Assembly: GCA_965214705.1 (NCBI GenBank)
Contig: OZ243972.1
Location: forward strand, 3,456,001-3,520,000
Source: Alphaproteobacteria bacterium
Lineage (GTDB): Bacteria > Pseudomonadota > Alphaproteobacteria > UBA828
Direction: 5' to 3'
DNA length: 64,000 nt
Shown here in pieces: positions 1-9,795 of this stretch; position 1 is the first letter of the stretch; every line of letters starts with the position of its first letter. The notes beneath the pieces are model-generated. The model did not search any database and was not told the origin of the DNA. It saw only the letters and a program-made list of their open reading frames with translations. The position numbers and the translations under genes are program-made.

Positions 1-26
1 CGGCGGCGCTTGTCCTGGTTTCGGCG

Positions 27-338
27 ATGCCGGTCCCGGCAGGGGCGGGCGACGAGGAAGCGTGGGACGCCGAACGCGCTTTCGTCGAGATGGAGCGGCT
101 GCAGACGGAGATCGGGCTGCTGCGCGCCCTGGCCGGCGCGCAGGCGGCGCTGCTGGCATGGACACTCGTGCCGGAGAACCGCGAGCGGTCGGAGAGCGGC
201 GGCGCCCTGGAGGTGCTGGCGCCGCATCTCTGCATCGAGGAGGCGCTGCGGCCCTGGTGCCGTGCGCTGCCGGCCACCTTCGGCGCGGAAGCGGCAATGG
301 CGGCGGACGACGCAAACGGGAAGGACGGGGGACGATGA
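27..338 (+). CDS. hypothetical protein of the transfer/pilus operon (true start may lie upstream of the window)
   Basis: Co-oriented with the operon; its stop overlaps the next ATG (ATGA at 335-338). Confidence 0.55.
   Translation: MPVPAGAGDEEAWDAERAFVEMERLQTEIGLLRALAGAQAALLAWTLVPENRERSESGGALEVLAPHLCIEEALRPWCRALPATFGAEAAMAADDANGKDGGR
161..175 (+). repeat. 15-nt dispersed unit GACACTCGTGCCGGA (locus 1)
   Basis: Exact unit inside the CDS, read as W-TLVPE-N. Confidence 0.85.
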
Positions 339-1633
339 CGGATACGGTTCTGGCGGGCGCCGTGCTCGTGGCGATGGCGGCGCTGGCCGTCCACGACGCG
401 CGGCGCGCCCTGGTCGACCCGCGCATGGTCCTGGCGCTGCTCGGAGCGGCGGCGGCGTGGCGCTTCGGCGGCGGCGGACCGGAAGGGGACGGCACCTGGC
501 CGCGTCTGGCGAGTGGCGTGCTGGGGGCGGCGCTCGGCGTTGCCGCCGTGATGATTCCCATCGCCCTCGCCGCCTGGTGCGGGCGGCGCTGGCCGCTCTA
601 TCCGGGCGACGCGATGCTGCTGGGGGCCGTGGGGTTCCTGCTGGGGCCGCTCGGCCTCGCCTGGGCCATGGCGCTGGGCGCCGGCGCGGGGCTGCTCTAC
701 CGCTTCTGCGTGCAGCGCAAGCGCGGCCGGCCCTTCCGCAAGGGGCTGGTGCCGCTGGGTCCCGGCATGTGCGCGGGCGCGGCCGCCGTGTTCCTGTGCA
801 TGAACTTCGGCGTCGCCCTGGCGGGGAACACTGGTGCCGGAGACCCTCGGGCCGAAGACCCTCGGGCCGAAGACGGCGTGACGATCGCTCCCCTGACACC
901 CCCGGCCGCGGAACGATCGGCGCAATCGGCGCTTCCGGCGACCGAGCTTGGGCCGGCGCTGGGTTCCCTTCCGGCGGCGCTGGCCGCGCGGGAGATCTCC
1001 GTCGAGTGGGACGGGCGGGTCCCCTTTCCGGCGCTGGTGCGGCGTCTCTCGACGCTTGCCGGCACGGCGATACGGATCGAGGAGCGCCCGGCACGCATCG
1101 AGGACGGGGCGGCGGTGCTTGCCGATCCACCCGCGCTGCGCCTCGCCTGGCAGGGACCGCTCGCCGGCCTCCTCGACCGGGTGGCCGCGCTCAGCGGTTA
1201 CGCCTGGTCCTGGGAGACGCTCGCGCCGGAGACCCTCGTGCCGGAGACACTCGTGCCGGAGAACGGCGCCGTGGTGTTCTTCCGCTACTGGGACGTCGCG
1301 CAGCACGGCCCGGAGCACGGCGGCGAAACCGGCGATGCCGAGGATGGCGATGGCGGCGCGCCGGAAACCGGCGGCGGCTGGACCGTCGATCCGGACGAGC
1401 ACCGCACGCTGAGGGGCGTGCTGGAGGCGTGGGCGGCGCGTGCCGACTGGACGCTGGTCTGGAAGGCGCGCGAGGACTACGGCCTGGGCGCCGCGGCAGT
1501 GTTCGAGGGCGCCTTCCTGGAGGCCGCCGACGTCCTGCTCAGCGGCCCCGCCACGCGCCGGACATTGGACGTCCGCGCCTATGCGGCAAACCGCCACCTG
1601 GTGGTGGACGACGCCGACGGGGCGGGCTGGTGA
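335..1633 (+). CDS. A24-type prepilin peptidase fused to TcpQ/PilL-like periplasmic domains
   Basis: N-terminal hydrophobic helices with D (HDARR) and GD (YPGDAML) aspartyl motifs; C-terminal TLRGVLEAWAARADWTLVW..Y....AAVFEGAF TcpQ-like motif. Confidence 0.7.
   Translation: MTDTVLAGAVLVAMAALAVHDARRALVDPRMVLALLGAAAAWRFGGGGPEGDGTWPRLASGVLGAALGVAAVMIPIALAAWCGRRWPLYPGDAMLLGAVGFLLGPLGLAWAMALGAGAGLLYRFCVQRKRGRPFRKGLVPLGPGMCAGAAAVFLCMNFGVALAGNTGAGDPRAEDPRAEDGVTIAPLTPPAAERSAQSALPATELGPALGSLPAALAAREISVEWDGRVPFPALVRRLSTLAGTAIRIEERPARIEDGAAVLADPPALRLAWQGPLAGLLDRVAALSGYAWSWETLAPETLVPETLVPENGAVVFFRYWDVAQHGPEHGGETGDAEDGDGGAPETGGGWTVDPDEHRTLRGVLEAWAARADWTLVWKAREDYGLGAAAVFEGAFLEAADVLLSGPATRRTLDVRAYAANRHLVVDDADGAGW
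827..871 (+). repeat. three tandem degenerate 15-nt units (locus 2)
   Basis: aacactggtgccgga gaccctcgggccgaa gaccctcgggccgaa. Confidence 0.8.
1216..1260 (+). repeat. three tandem 15-nt units (locus 3)
   Basis: gacgctcgcgccgga gaccctcgtgccgga gacactcgtgccgga, encoding TLAPE-TLVPE-TLVPE. Confidence 0.9.
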
Positions 1634-2163
1634 GCGCGCCGCGCATCATGGCCCTGCTGCGGGCGGCCGCGCTCCCGGTCCTGCTCGCGGGTCCGCTTGC
1701 TGGGTGCGTGTCTTGGACGCCGGAAGCGCCGACGACGGTTGCGCCCGTGCGGACCGATCCCGTGGAGATCCGCCTGGTCGAGGCCGTCGAGCGCGCCGAG
1801 CGGGCGCTGGCTTCGCTCGCCCGGACGGTGCCGGCAACGGATCCGGAGGCGAGGCTGCCGGACGCACGGTCCGTGCCCGCCGCGCTGCGCACGCCCGTGA
1901 CGCTGGACTGGACCGGACCTGTGGACGCGCTGGCGGAGGAGTTCGCGCGGCGGGCGGGCTACCGTTTCGCGGAAGCCGGCCGTCCGCCGGCGCGGCCCCT
2001 GATCGTGTCCGTCGAGGTGGTCGCGCAACCGCTGATCGCGGTGCTCCGCGACGCGGGCCTGCGCGTGGGCGCCGCCGCCACGCTCACCGTCGATGCGGAG
2101 CGGCGGACGATCCTGCTCGACTGGGCCGCGCCGCCGGCGCTCACGCCGGAGAGGGACCGGTGA
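1630..2163 (+). CDS. dotD: DotD/TraH-family lipoprotein
   Basis: Lipobox LAGC; LDWTGPVDAL...AGYRF motif; first gene of the dotD-dotC-dotB order; alternative ATG at 1648. Confidence 0.8.
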   Translation: MSAPRIMALLRAAALPVLLAGPLAGCVSWTPEAPTTVAPVRTDPVEIRLVEAVERAERALASLARTVPATDPEARLPDARSVPAALRTPVTLDWTGPVDALAEEFARRAGYRFAEAGRPPARPLIVSVEVVAQPLIAVLRDAGLRVGAAATLTVDAERRTILLDWAAPPALTPERDR

Positions 2164-2990
2164 TGCGCATCCCGTGCGTCCTGGCCGTCGCGGCGCTCGG
2201 CATCGCGCTCGCGCCCCTCCCCGTTCCGGCCACGGAACCGCCGCCGAGCCTCGCGGCGCTGCAGGCGTTCGCACCGGAGCCCGGACCGGACGTGCCCTTC
2301 GCGGCGGAGAAACGCGCGTCGGCTGTCCGCCTTGCGGCGCTCGGGTTCGGCGCACGCGCGGGCCTCGCGCGGCGCACGTGGGAGATCGCCGCCATGCTGG
2401 ACCGGCACGGCCCAAAAATCTCCGCGATCTACCGCTTCGGCGATCTCGTGCTGCACGAGGACGGGTTCACGGTGCTGCCGCCGGTACTCGCGGAGACCCG
2501 CCGCGCCTTCCGGCTGGAACCGGCCGGCACGCGCGCGGCGAGCGCCCGGCGGGTGCTCAGGATTCTGGAGCCGGCGCGGCTGGTGAGCGCGGCGCCGGAC
2601 TGGCGCGACTGGCTGGAGCGTTCCTGGCTCCCGGCCGAGCCGCCCGCCTCAGTGCTGTTCCCGCGCGACTCGCGGGAGGACGCCCGCTGGCGGCGCCTGC
2701 TGGCCGAAGGCTGGGCCAAGGGCGTGGCCCTGGCCGACGACATTTTTGCCAGCGACCTCGACCGCCTCAACCGCACGTTCGAAGGGGTGGTTCTCTGGCA
2801 CAGGCTCAACCGCGCCGCGATGCTGACCGCGCCCGGCATCGAGGTGGAATGGGCCGGCGTTTCCGGCCACGAGAGCCTGATGCGGATCGGCGCGGCTTCG
2901 GCCCGCATCGACCGCGCCGCCCGCTTCGAACTGGACGCCGGCCGCTGGACGCCCCCGGCGGGACCCTCGGGCCGTGGAGGAGTCCGATGA
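2163..2990 (+). CDS. dotC: DotC/TraI-family type IVB secretion protein
   Basis: Signal peptide; VLPPVL, PDWRDWL, W..GW.KG..LADDIF..DL.RL.R.FEG motifs. Confidence 0.85.
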   Translation: MRIPCVLAVAALGIALAPLPVPATEPPPSLAALQAFAPEPGPDVPFAAEKRASAVRLAALGFGARAGLARRTWEIAAMLDRHGPKISAIYRFGDLVLHEDGFTVLPPVLAETRRAFRLEPAGTRAASARRVLRILEPARLVSAAPDWRDWLERSWLPAEPPASVLFPRDSREDARWRRLLAEGWAKGVALADDIFASDLDRLNRTFEGVVLWHRLNRAAMLTAPGIEVEWAGVSGHESLMRIGAASARIDRAARFELDAGRWTPPAGPSGRGGVR

Positions 2991-4135
2991 GCGCGCATCT
3001 CCATGAGAGGTGGCCCGAGGCTGGACACGGCTTCCCGGCGGAGAGGCTCGACGAATTCCTGCTCTGGGCCGCCGATCGCGGCGCTTCCGACATCGCCTTC
3101 CAGACCGGCTCTCCGGCCTTCGTCGAGATCGACGGCAATCTGCGGCGAGCGACTGCCGCCACGCTGGACGGCGTGGTCATGGGCAGACTCTGCGAGCGCC
3201 TCTACGACGCCACCGGCGAGGGCATCCTGCGCTCGGGCCGCGCCATCGACTGCTCGCACTCGATCGGGCTTGGCCGCGGTCTCACCCGGCGCTTCCGCTG
3301 CAACCTCGCCCCCGTCCAGGGCGCGGCCGGGTTCGCGGTCAACATCACGCTCAGGGTGCTTCCCGGCAGGCCCCCCACGTTCGCGGAACTGGGTATCGAG
3401 GACGGGATCGTGCGCTCGTGGGAGCTCTGCAAGGGGCTCGTCCTGGTCACCGGCGTGCCGGGCTCGGGCAAGTCCACGCTGCTCGCCGCCGGGACGCGCC
3501 ACCTGCTGGAGCGGGGCGCGGGCCGCATCCAGTCCTACGAGGCGCCCATCGAGTACGTCTTCGACGGCATCGCCGCGGACGCGGCGCTGATGTCGTCCGC
3601 CGAGATCCCCCGCCACTTCCCGAGCTTCGCGGACGGGCTGCGGTCAAGCCTGCGGCGGCGGCCTTCGGCCGTGATCGTGGGCGAGGCGCGCGACCGGGAG
3701 ACGGTCGAGGCGGTGGTGAAGGCGGCCGATTACGGCATCGCGGTGTTCTCCACCGCCCACACCATCGGCGTGGCGGCGACGGTGCGCCGCATGCTGGCCG
3801 AGTTCCCCGCGCACGAGCGGGCGGAGCGGGGCGCCGCGCTGATCGACGCCATGACGCTGGTGGTGACGCAGGTGCTGCTTCCCAACCCGCATGGCGGGCG
3901 CACGGCGCTACGCGAGTGGCTTGCCTTCGACGCAGGGCTCAAGGCGGCCCTGCTGGAGAGTCCGCAGGCCGCCTGGCCTGCGACGATCGCGGCGGCGCTG
4001 GCGGAGACCGGCAACGACCTCGCGGCTACCTCGCGGCACGCCCGCCGAGCTGGGCTGATCGAGGACGAGGGGCTCAGACGGATTCTCGCCGGGGGCGAGT
4101 CGCCGGAGATGACCGCAGGAGATGCAGGGGCATGA
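2987..4135 (+). CDS. dotB: DotB/TraJ PilT-like ATPase
   Basis: ASDI, Walker A GVPGSGKST, EAPIEY, LRRRP..VIVGEARDRET, STAHT. Confidence 0.9.
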   Translation: MSAHLHERWPEAGHGFPAERLDEFLLWAADRGASDIAFQTGSPAFVEIDGNLRRATAATLDGVVMGRLCERLYDATGEGILRSGRAIDCSHSIGLGRGLTRRFRCNLAPVQGAAGFAVNITLRVLPGRPPTFAELGIEDGIVRSWELCKGLVLVTGVPGSGKSTLLAAGTRHLLERGAGRIQSYEAPIEYVFDGIAADAALMSSAEIPRHFPSFADGLRSSLRRRPSAVIVGEARDRETVEAVVKAADYGIAVFSTAHTIGVAATVRRMLAEFPAHERAERGAALIDAMTLVVTQVLLPNPHGGRTALREWLAFDAGLKAALLESPQAAWPATIAAALAETGNDLAATSRHARRAGLIEDEGLRRILAGGESPEMTAGDAGA

Positions 4136-4150
4136 AGGAGAGAGACCGCG

Positions 4151-4441
4151 ATGGAGGCATCGGAGGCGCCGGGGAATTCTCCAGTGGCGTGGCGCGACTC
4201 GATGCGCCCGGTCAGGGCGTGGGCGTTCGACGCGCGCCTGCTGATCCTGGCGCTGCCTTGGCTGTTCCTGCCGACCTGGTGGACGACGGCGCTGGTCGCG
4301 GCGGCGATGCTGGCCTGCCGCGCGGCAGAGGCGCGGGGCTACCGGCTCGCTGCGGCCGTGCGCGCCCTGCGCAGCCTGAGCGCGGGAAGGCGCCGGGCGC
4401 TCCACGCCGCCCGTCTGCGCCGCTTCACGGATTTCGGATGA
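4151..4441 (+). CDS. icmT: IcmT/TraK-family membrane protein
   Basis: WRDSMRPVRAWAFDAR N-terminal motif, two hydrophobic segments, position after dotB. Confidence 0.75.
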   Translation: MEASEAPGNSPVAWRDSMRPVRAWAFDARLLILALPWLFLPTWWTTALVAAAMLACRAAEARGYRLAAAVRALRSLSAGRRRALHAARLRRFTDFG

Positions 4442-4899
4442 CGGGCGCGGCGCTGGCGATCGCGCTGCTCGCGCTGTGGGCGGGTCAGACCGAGGCCGGG
4501 TTCCGTTACCTGCCGCCCGAGGCGGAGGAGACCGCGCCGGGAAAGGCGGATATCGGGGCTCCGCCCGGTCCCGGCCCGGCGGTCTCGGACCCGGGGGTCT
4601 CCGGCACCAGGGTCTCCGGCGCGAGCGTCTGGCGGGTGCGCGAGGGCGAGATGCTGCGCGCGGTGCTGGCGCGCTGGGCGGAGCGGGCCGGCACGGACGT
4701 CGTGTTTCTGACCGACCGCCGCTACCGGCTGGACGGCGATGCGGCGTTCGAGGGCGGGTTCGCGGATGCGGCGCAGGCGCTGTTCCGAAGTCTGTCGCAT
4801 CTCCCGCACGCACCGGTGGCCGCACGATCCGAAGGCGGGACGACGCTCGTCGTGAGGCACCGGATGCCGGGCTTCCACGGAACGGAGGCGGTTCCATGA
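4438..4899 (+). CDS. TcpQ/PilL-like domain secreted protein
   Basis: Signal peptide; W.VREGEMLRAVLARWAERAG..V.....YRL...AAFEGGF motif. Confidence 0.7.
   Translation: MTGAALAIALLALWAGQTEAGFRYLPPEAEETAPGKADIGAPPGPGPAVSDPGVSGTRVSGASVWRVREGEMLRAVLARWAERAGTDVVFLTDRRYRLDGDAAFEGGFADAAQALFRSLSHLPHAPVAARSEGGTTLVVRHRMPGFHGTEAVP
4585..4629 (-). repeat. three tandem 15-nt units on the minus strand (locus 4)
   Basis: Reverse complement reads gacgctcgcgccgga gaccctggtgccgga gacccccgggtccga. Confidence 0.8.
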
Positions 4900-5798
4900 A
4901 ACGGACATCGGGGCAACTCGTGGCGGCGGCGATGCTGGCCCTGTGCCTGGCGGCGACGGTGCCGCTGGGGACGGAAGCCGGCGAGCCGGACTTGGGGCAC
5001 GAGGCTCTCCGGGCCGAGGGTCTGGTCTCGGCGCTACGGGCCAATGGTGCGGGGGTTCTCCCGCTGGGTGTGCGCGGCGGGCTCGACGGCTTTTTCGTCA
5101 CGCCGGCCAGGGGTGCGGGCTACAGCCTGTACGTCACGGAAGATGGCCATGCGGTTGCAGGCCTGCTCTACGGGCCGGACGGAACGGAGATTACCGGCGC
5201 GCAGCTCGCCGCGGCGCGGCGGCCGGCGGCGGATTTGGCGCAAGGCGCCGGTGGCACGACGCCGGAGACACTCGTGCCGGAGACGGCGGCGCCGGCGATG
5301 ACCGCCCATGCGACGCCGGACACCGGCGGACCGGCGTTCTCCTCGCCCTCCCGGACGGGTCTGTTCGAGCGGAGTGCCGCCGCCTTCGGCTTCACCCTTG
5401 GCGAGCGCGGCCCCCTGGCGGTACTGCTCGGGGACCCCACGTGCTCGTTCTCGCGCTCGGCGGCGGCCAGGCTCGGCCGCGCGGCTCTGGACGGGCGCCT
5501 GCAATTGCGGGTGGTGCCCGTGGCGGTCCTCGGCGCCGACGCCGCGCGCCGCGCTGTCGCCATCGCCGCGCATCCCGAGCCGGCTCGCGCGTGGTTCGAG
5601 GGCAGCGGCGTGGCGCACCCTCGTGCCGCAGATCGCGCTTTCGCCGAACGGATCGCCCGCAACAACGCCCTCTTCGGCGCCTGGGGCGCGACCGCCGTGC
5701 CGCTTATCGCCTGGCAGACGCGCGACGGTGCGGTGGAACACCGGATCGGCGACATCGACGACGTGGACGCCTGGCTCCGGGAGACGGGCCTTGAGTAG
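4896..5798 (+). CDS. DsbG/DsbC-like thioredoxin-fold periplasmic protein
   Basis: Signal peptide; LYVTEDGHAVAGLLY dimerisation region; DPTCSFS, VVPVAVLG and ATAVP cis-Pro loop. Confidence 0.7.
   Translation: MKRTSGQLVAAAMLALCLAATVPLGTEAGEPDLGHEALRAEGLVSALRANGAGVLPLGVRGGLDGFFVTPARGAGYSLYVTEDGHAVAGLLYGPDGTEITGAQLAAARRPAADLAQGAGGTTPETLVPETAAPAMTAHATPDTGGPAFSSPSRTGLFERSAAAFGFTLGERGPLAVLLGDPTCSFSRSAAARLGRAALDGRLQLRVVPVAVLGADAARRAVAIAAHPEPARAWFEGSGVAHPRAADRAFAERIARNNALFGAWGATAVPLIAWQTRDGAVEHRIGDIDDVDAWLRETGLE
5267..5281 (+). repeat. 15-nt unit (locus 5)
   Basis: Exact unit with degenerate neighbours (TTPE-TLVPE-TAAP). Confidence 0.85.
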
Positions 5799-6447
5799 CC
5801 GCCTGCAAGCCGTGCGCGCGGCGGCCCGGAAATTCGCGTTCCACCGCGACCAGCACCACGGCTGGCGCCGGGCGACCGCGTGGCTGCTCGCCTGCAACGT
5901 GCTGACGGCCCTGGCCTTTGCGGGCTACGTCTGGATGCACTCCACCGTCTACATCGCCGTCGCCGCGACCCCGGACGGCAGGCTCGTGCGGCTCACCCCG
6001 CTCGACGAGCCGATCATGTCCGACGCTGCGCTCAGGAACTGGACCGTCTCGGCGGTCACCGAGGCCTTCACGCTCGGCCACCACGACTGGCGGCTCCGGC
6101 TCGCCGGCATCCGCGAGTATTTCACCGACGACGGCTACGAGTCCTTCCTCAAGGGTCTTGAGGAAAGCCTGTTTCTCGACCGTCTCCGCGACAATCTCCA
6201 GGTCGCCTCGGCCGTGGCGCAGGGCGCGCCGGTGATCGTGGACACGCGCTTCTATGGCGCGCGCGTCGGCTGGGCTGTCGAGTTCCCCATCCTGGTCACC
6301 TTCTCGGCCGGCACGCGGCGCGTCAGCCAGGAGCTGGTGGCGCAGGTGCTGGTGATGCGGGTGCCCCTCGACGAGCGCCCCGCCGGCATCGCCATCGAGC
6401 AGCTCATCGCCGGCAAGAACTCCCCGGACCGGAGAGGAAGCACATGA
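5791..6447 (+). CDS. dotI: DotI/IcmL/TraM family protein
   Basis: One TM helix, then ATPDGRLVRLTPLDEP..SDAALRNW..AV..AF...HHDWR..L...YFT.DG; TTG start inferred. Confidence 0.85.
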   Translation: MSSRLQAVRAAARKFAFHRDQHHGWRRATAWLLACNVLTALAFAGYVWMHSTVYIAVAATPDGRLVRLTPLDEPIMSDAALRNWTVSAVTEAFTLGHHDWRLRLAGIREYFTDDGYESFLKGLEESLFLDRLRDNLQVASAVAQGAPVIVDTRFYGARVGWAVEFPILVTFSAGTRRVSQELVAQVLVMRVPLDERPAGIAIEQLIAGKNSPDRRGST

Positions 6448-7448
6448 GAGCGTGGACGTATTGGTTCCTGCCGGTTGCGGCAGCGTTGGCAGGCGTCGCG
6501 TCGTTGCCGGTGTCGGCGCAGGACGGCCCGCGGGCCGGCGGCGCGCCGGAGGCCGCGCTGGAGAGGACGGTGGACGTGTGGTCCGCGCACGCGCTCACCG
6601 AGGACGAGGCGGCGCGCCAGGGCCGGGCGGCACTCCCCTTCACGCCGGAGCAGATCGAGGCGCTGGGGCGCATCCTGCGCGAGACGCAGGAAGCCACGGT
6701 CCGAGGAGCGGGTGCGGCACCCAAGGGCCGCGTGCGCCGTATCCGCCTCGATGACGGCACGAGTGTCTCCGGCACGAGTGTCCCGAGGATCGCGCTCCGG
6801 CGCGGCTACGTCACGGCCATCTCGTTCACGGACTCGACCGGCGCGCCCTGGCCCATCGAGGAGGCGCTGGTGGACCGCCGCTTCCTGCCGCCGGGGGCGG
6901 AGAGCGGCGCAGCGGACGAAGAATCGGGGAGCGGCCACCTGCTCTATCTGGCGCCCCAGGCGGCTTACCTGTGCGGCAACGCGGTGGTGAAGCTCCGGGG
7001 CCTGGCCGAGCCCGTGGTGGCCAGCCTGCGCGGCACCGGCGCCGACGCCGACTTCCGGGTCGAGATCCGGCTCGGCCTTCCCGGCCCGAACGCCGATCCG
7101 GGCGCGCTGGCGCAGCCTGCCGCGTTCCATGCCGGCGATGCGGTGCTGCTCGGGCTGCTCGGCGGCGCCGTGCCGCCGGACGCCGAGCGCCTCGCGGTCG
7201 AAGGCGGCGCGAGCGGCGACCGGGCCTGGCGCAGGGGCGGCGAGGTGCTGCTGCTCACCCGCGCCCATGTGCTCTCGCCCGGACCCCTGGCGGCGGAGCG
7301 CGGGCCCGGCGGGCGCTGGGCCTACCGCCTCGCAGCCACCCCCCTCGCGCTGGTCAGCGACGGCGGCCGGGAGACGCGGCTCGGCTTCGCCGATCCGGGC
7401 GGCGACGACCTTTGGCAGGACATCCCAATGGCGGGAGAGCGGCGATGA
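6444..7448 (+). CDS. dotH: DotH/IcmK/TraN family protein
   Basis: PFTPEQI, GYVTAISFTDSTGAPWPI, GNAVVKL.GLAEPV, D.RVEIR...GPNA. Confidence 0.85.
   Translation: MRAWTYWFLPVAAALAGVASLPVSAQDGPRAGGAPEAALERTVDVWSAHALTEDEAARQGRAALPFTPEQIEALGRILRETQEATVRGAGAAPKGRVRRIRLDDGTSVSGTSVPRIALRRGYVTAISFTDSTGAPWPIEEALVDRRFLPPGAESGAADEESGSGHLLYLAPQAAYLCGNAVVKLRGLAEPVVASLRGTGADADFRVEIRLGLPGPNADPGALAQPAAFHAGDAVLLGLLGGAVPPDAERLAVEGGASGDRAWRRGGEVLLLTRAHVLSPGPLAAERGPGGRWAYRLAATPLALVSDGGRETRLGFADPGGDDLWQDIPMAGERR
6755..6782 (-). repeat. two tandem 15-nt units on the minus strand (locus 6)
   Basis: cggcacgagtgtc tccggcacgagtgtc inside dotH (GTSVS-GTSV). Confidence 0.85.
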
Positions 7449-8027
7449 CGAGGGAGGGCGGGATGGAGGCACGGCGGCGAGGAGTGCCGCAAGCCATATA
7501 CATGGGTGTCCTGGCTGCGGTGCTGTGGGCGAGTGCGGGCGGCACGGCCCTGGCGCAGGTCCCGGACAACCGGGACCTCAGGCTGGACCCCGAGGACAGC
7601 GTGCCGCCGTTCTACCGCTACACGCTCGACGAGCGCGACCAGCAGCGCCTCGATGCGGCGCGCGAGGCCGGCGAGACCTACCTGCCCACGTTCCAGGGTC
7701 CGTCCACGGCGCCGGCCGCCGCAACGGGTGAGCCGACGACGCCGCGGCCTGCCTACGAGGGATACCGGACTCCGGAGCGGCGCGCGGGCCCGGCGCCCGG
7801 CGGGGACCGGCGCCGTGCCGGCGAGCCAAAGCGCGCGGGCCGCAGACACGATGGTCTCGTCGGCGTGCTGATCGAGGCGTGGACGCGCCTGCCCGAGATC
7901 GCGCGCGTGCGCTACCCGGGAGCGGACCGGGCTGCCGGCCCGGTCGAGCACGGGAATGCGGCGCAGGAGGCGGACCGCCAGCCGGGGGCCGCGGCATCGG
8001 GTCTGCGGCCCGAGGGTTTGCCGCATA

Positions 8028-8192
8028 AGGCTTATCCCTCTGGCTCCGGTTCCCCAACATGTTGTACCGGCCACCTCGGCGGCGGTATCCGACACGGTCG
8101 CAGTTCCTTCCGTGTCTCAATGGGTTGCCCGTAAAGTGCCCAGCGATCCGGCACCCCACATATGGAGAAGCCGGATGTAAGGGGATAAGCCT
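8028..8192. mobile_element. 165-bp IS1595-type MITE
   Basis: aggcttatccctctggctccgg ... ccggatgtaaggggataagcct terminal inverted repeats; no transposase. Confidence 0.7.
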
Positions 8193-8215
8193 TTGGGAGA
8201 AATATCAGAAAAATG

Positions 8216-9717
8216 GAGCCACTTGCAAAATTCCGCATTTGAGCGGGATTTTGCCGCCGTGGCGGTCAGATTGTCCTGGAAATCGGGACCGCTCTCTGTT
8301 CCTGTCGGGTTTCGGACAACGTCGACGGAGAGGGCGGCCCCATGTCGCTGGGACAGACACTATCCGGATTCTGGCATCACATTCAAGCGGATCTTTTCCC
8401 GTGGCTTGAGGAGGAGCTCGGGCCGCTCGGCGAGAGGTACCGGCGCTTCGTCACCGTGCTTGAGCTTGCGCGGGTCGAGAGCTTCCTTCCCCATTTCCAT
8501 GGCCTGCCCGGTCGGCCGGTCGAGGATCGGGCGGCCTTGGCCCGCGCCTTCATCGCCAAGGCGGTGTTCGACGTACCCACGACGCGCGCCCTGATCGAGC
8601 GCCTTGAGAACGACAAGACGCTACGCCGTCTCTGCGGCTGGACCTATGCCGCAGAGATCCCGAGCGAGGCGACGTTTTCGCGGGCGTTTGCGGAGTTCTC
8701 CGAGAGTGCGTTGCCCGCTCGCGTGCATGAGGCGCTGATCAAGCAGACCCTCGGAGACCATCTGGTCGGGCACGTCTCGCGCGACTCGACGGCGATCGAG
8801 GCGCGCGAGAAGCCTCAGCCCAAGCCCAAGGCGGAGAAGCCGAAGCGCAAGCGCGGCCGCCCGCGCAAGGGCGAGGAGCGGCCCAAGGAGGAGCGCCGCG
8901 TGAAACGCCAGCTCACGATGAGCTTGCCCCAGATGCTCGACGACCTGCCGAAAGCCTGCGACGTCGGCACCAAGCGCAACGCCAGGGGCCATACCACATC
9001 GTGGATCGGTTACAAGCTGCACATCGACGCCGCCGATGGCGGCATTCCGATCAGTTGCATCCTGACGTCCGCCTCGCTGCACGACAGCCAGGCCGCGATC
9101 CCGCTGGCGAGTATGACCGCCGACCGCGTCACCAATCTGTACGACCTCATGGACTCAGCCTATGACGCGCCCGAGATCGGCTGGCACAGCTACCTGCTGG
9201 GCCACGTCCCGATCATCGACGTCAACCCTCGCGACAAGGAGTACAAGGAGGAGCTGGCGCGCGAGGCCAGGGCGCAGAGAGGCGTCGGTCACCGCCACCC
9301 GGCGGACGAGCGCTACAACGAGCGCTCGAACATCGAGCGCATCAACGGTGGGCTGAAGGACAACTGCGGGGGCCGCCATGTCCGCGTGCGCGGCCATGCC
9401 AAGGTTCATTGCCACCTGATGTTCGGCATCCTGGTGCTGACGGTCGACCAGCTGATGCGCCTCCTGGCCTGAGCGGCGCCTCCGTCGCTGTCACGCCGGC
9501 ACGCCTCCCTCCGCGGAGGCGCAAAAAGCCATGTCCGCATCGCGACGGCGGGTCCAAAATGCGCCCGCATGGGCATCGGTTTGCGGCGAATCGGCGCCCC
9601 GGCGGCAGCCAGCGACGTCCGCTCGTCCCGAAGTTCATGTTACGTTCCGACCGTCAATGTCCTCACGCCGGGCTCTCGGGAAAAGCAGACCGCGCCTGGG
9701 AGTTTTGCAAGTGGCTC
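8216..9717 (+). mobile_element. IS1182/IS5-like insertion sequence
   Basis: 15-bp IRs GAGCCACTTGCAAAA / TTTTGCAAGTGGCTC; 4-bp duplication aatg. Confidence 0.85.
8342..9472 (+). CDS. DDE transposase (IS1182/IS5-like)
   Basis: GRP, LRRLCG, PSEATFSR, DSTAI, GYKLH, HDS, MDSAYD, Y.ERSNIER.N..LKD. Confidence 0.9.
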   Translation: MSLGQTLSGFWHHIQADLFPWLEEELGPLGERYRRFVTVLELARVESFLPHFHGLPGRPVEDRAALARAFIAKAVFDVPTTRALIERLENDKTLRRLCGWTYAAEIPSEATFSRAFAEFSESALPARVHEALIKQTLGDHLVGHVSRDSTAIEAREKPQPKPKAEKPKRKRGRPRKGEERPKEERRVKRQLTMSLPQMLDDLPKACDVGTKRNARGHTTSWIGYKLHIDAADGGIPISCILTSASLHDSQAAIPLASMTADRVTNLYDLMDSAYDAPEIGWHSYLLGHVPIIDVNPRDKEYKEELAREARAQRGVGHRHPADERYNERSNIERINGGLKDNCGGRHVRVRGHAKVHCHLMFGILVLTVDQLMRLLA

Positions 9718-9795
9718 AATGGTGATGTGAACTACACCGGAAAATTGGACGAATTCTTGAAAGATCATTCAACAGATTTCGTCGAATTGAGGTAA

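Noticed and set aside
827-1260. Tandem 15-nt repeats as a CRISPR array
   Set aside because: No unique spacers, the unit is too short, the copies lie in coding frames, and no cas genes are in the window.
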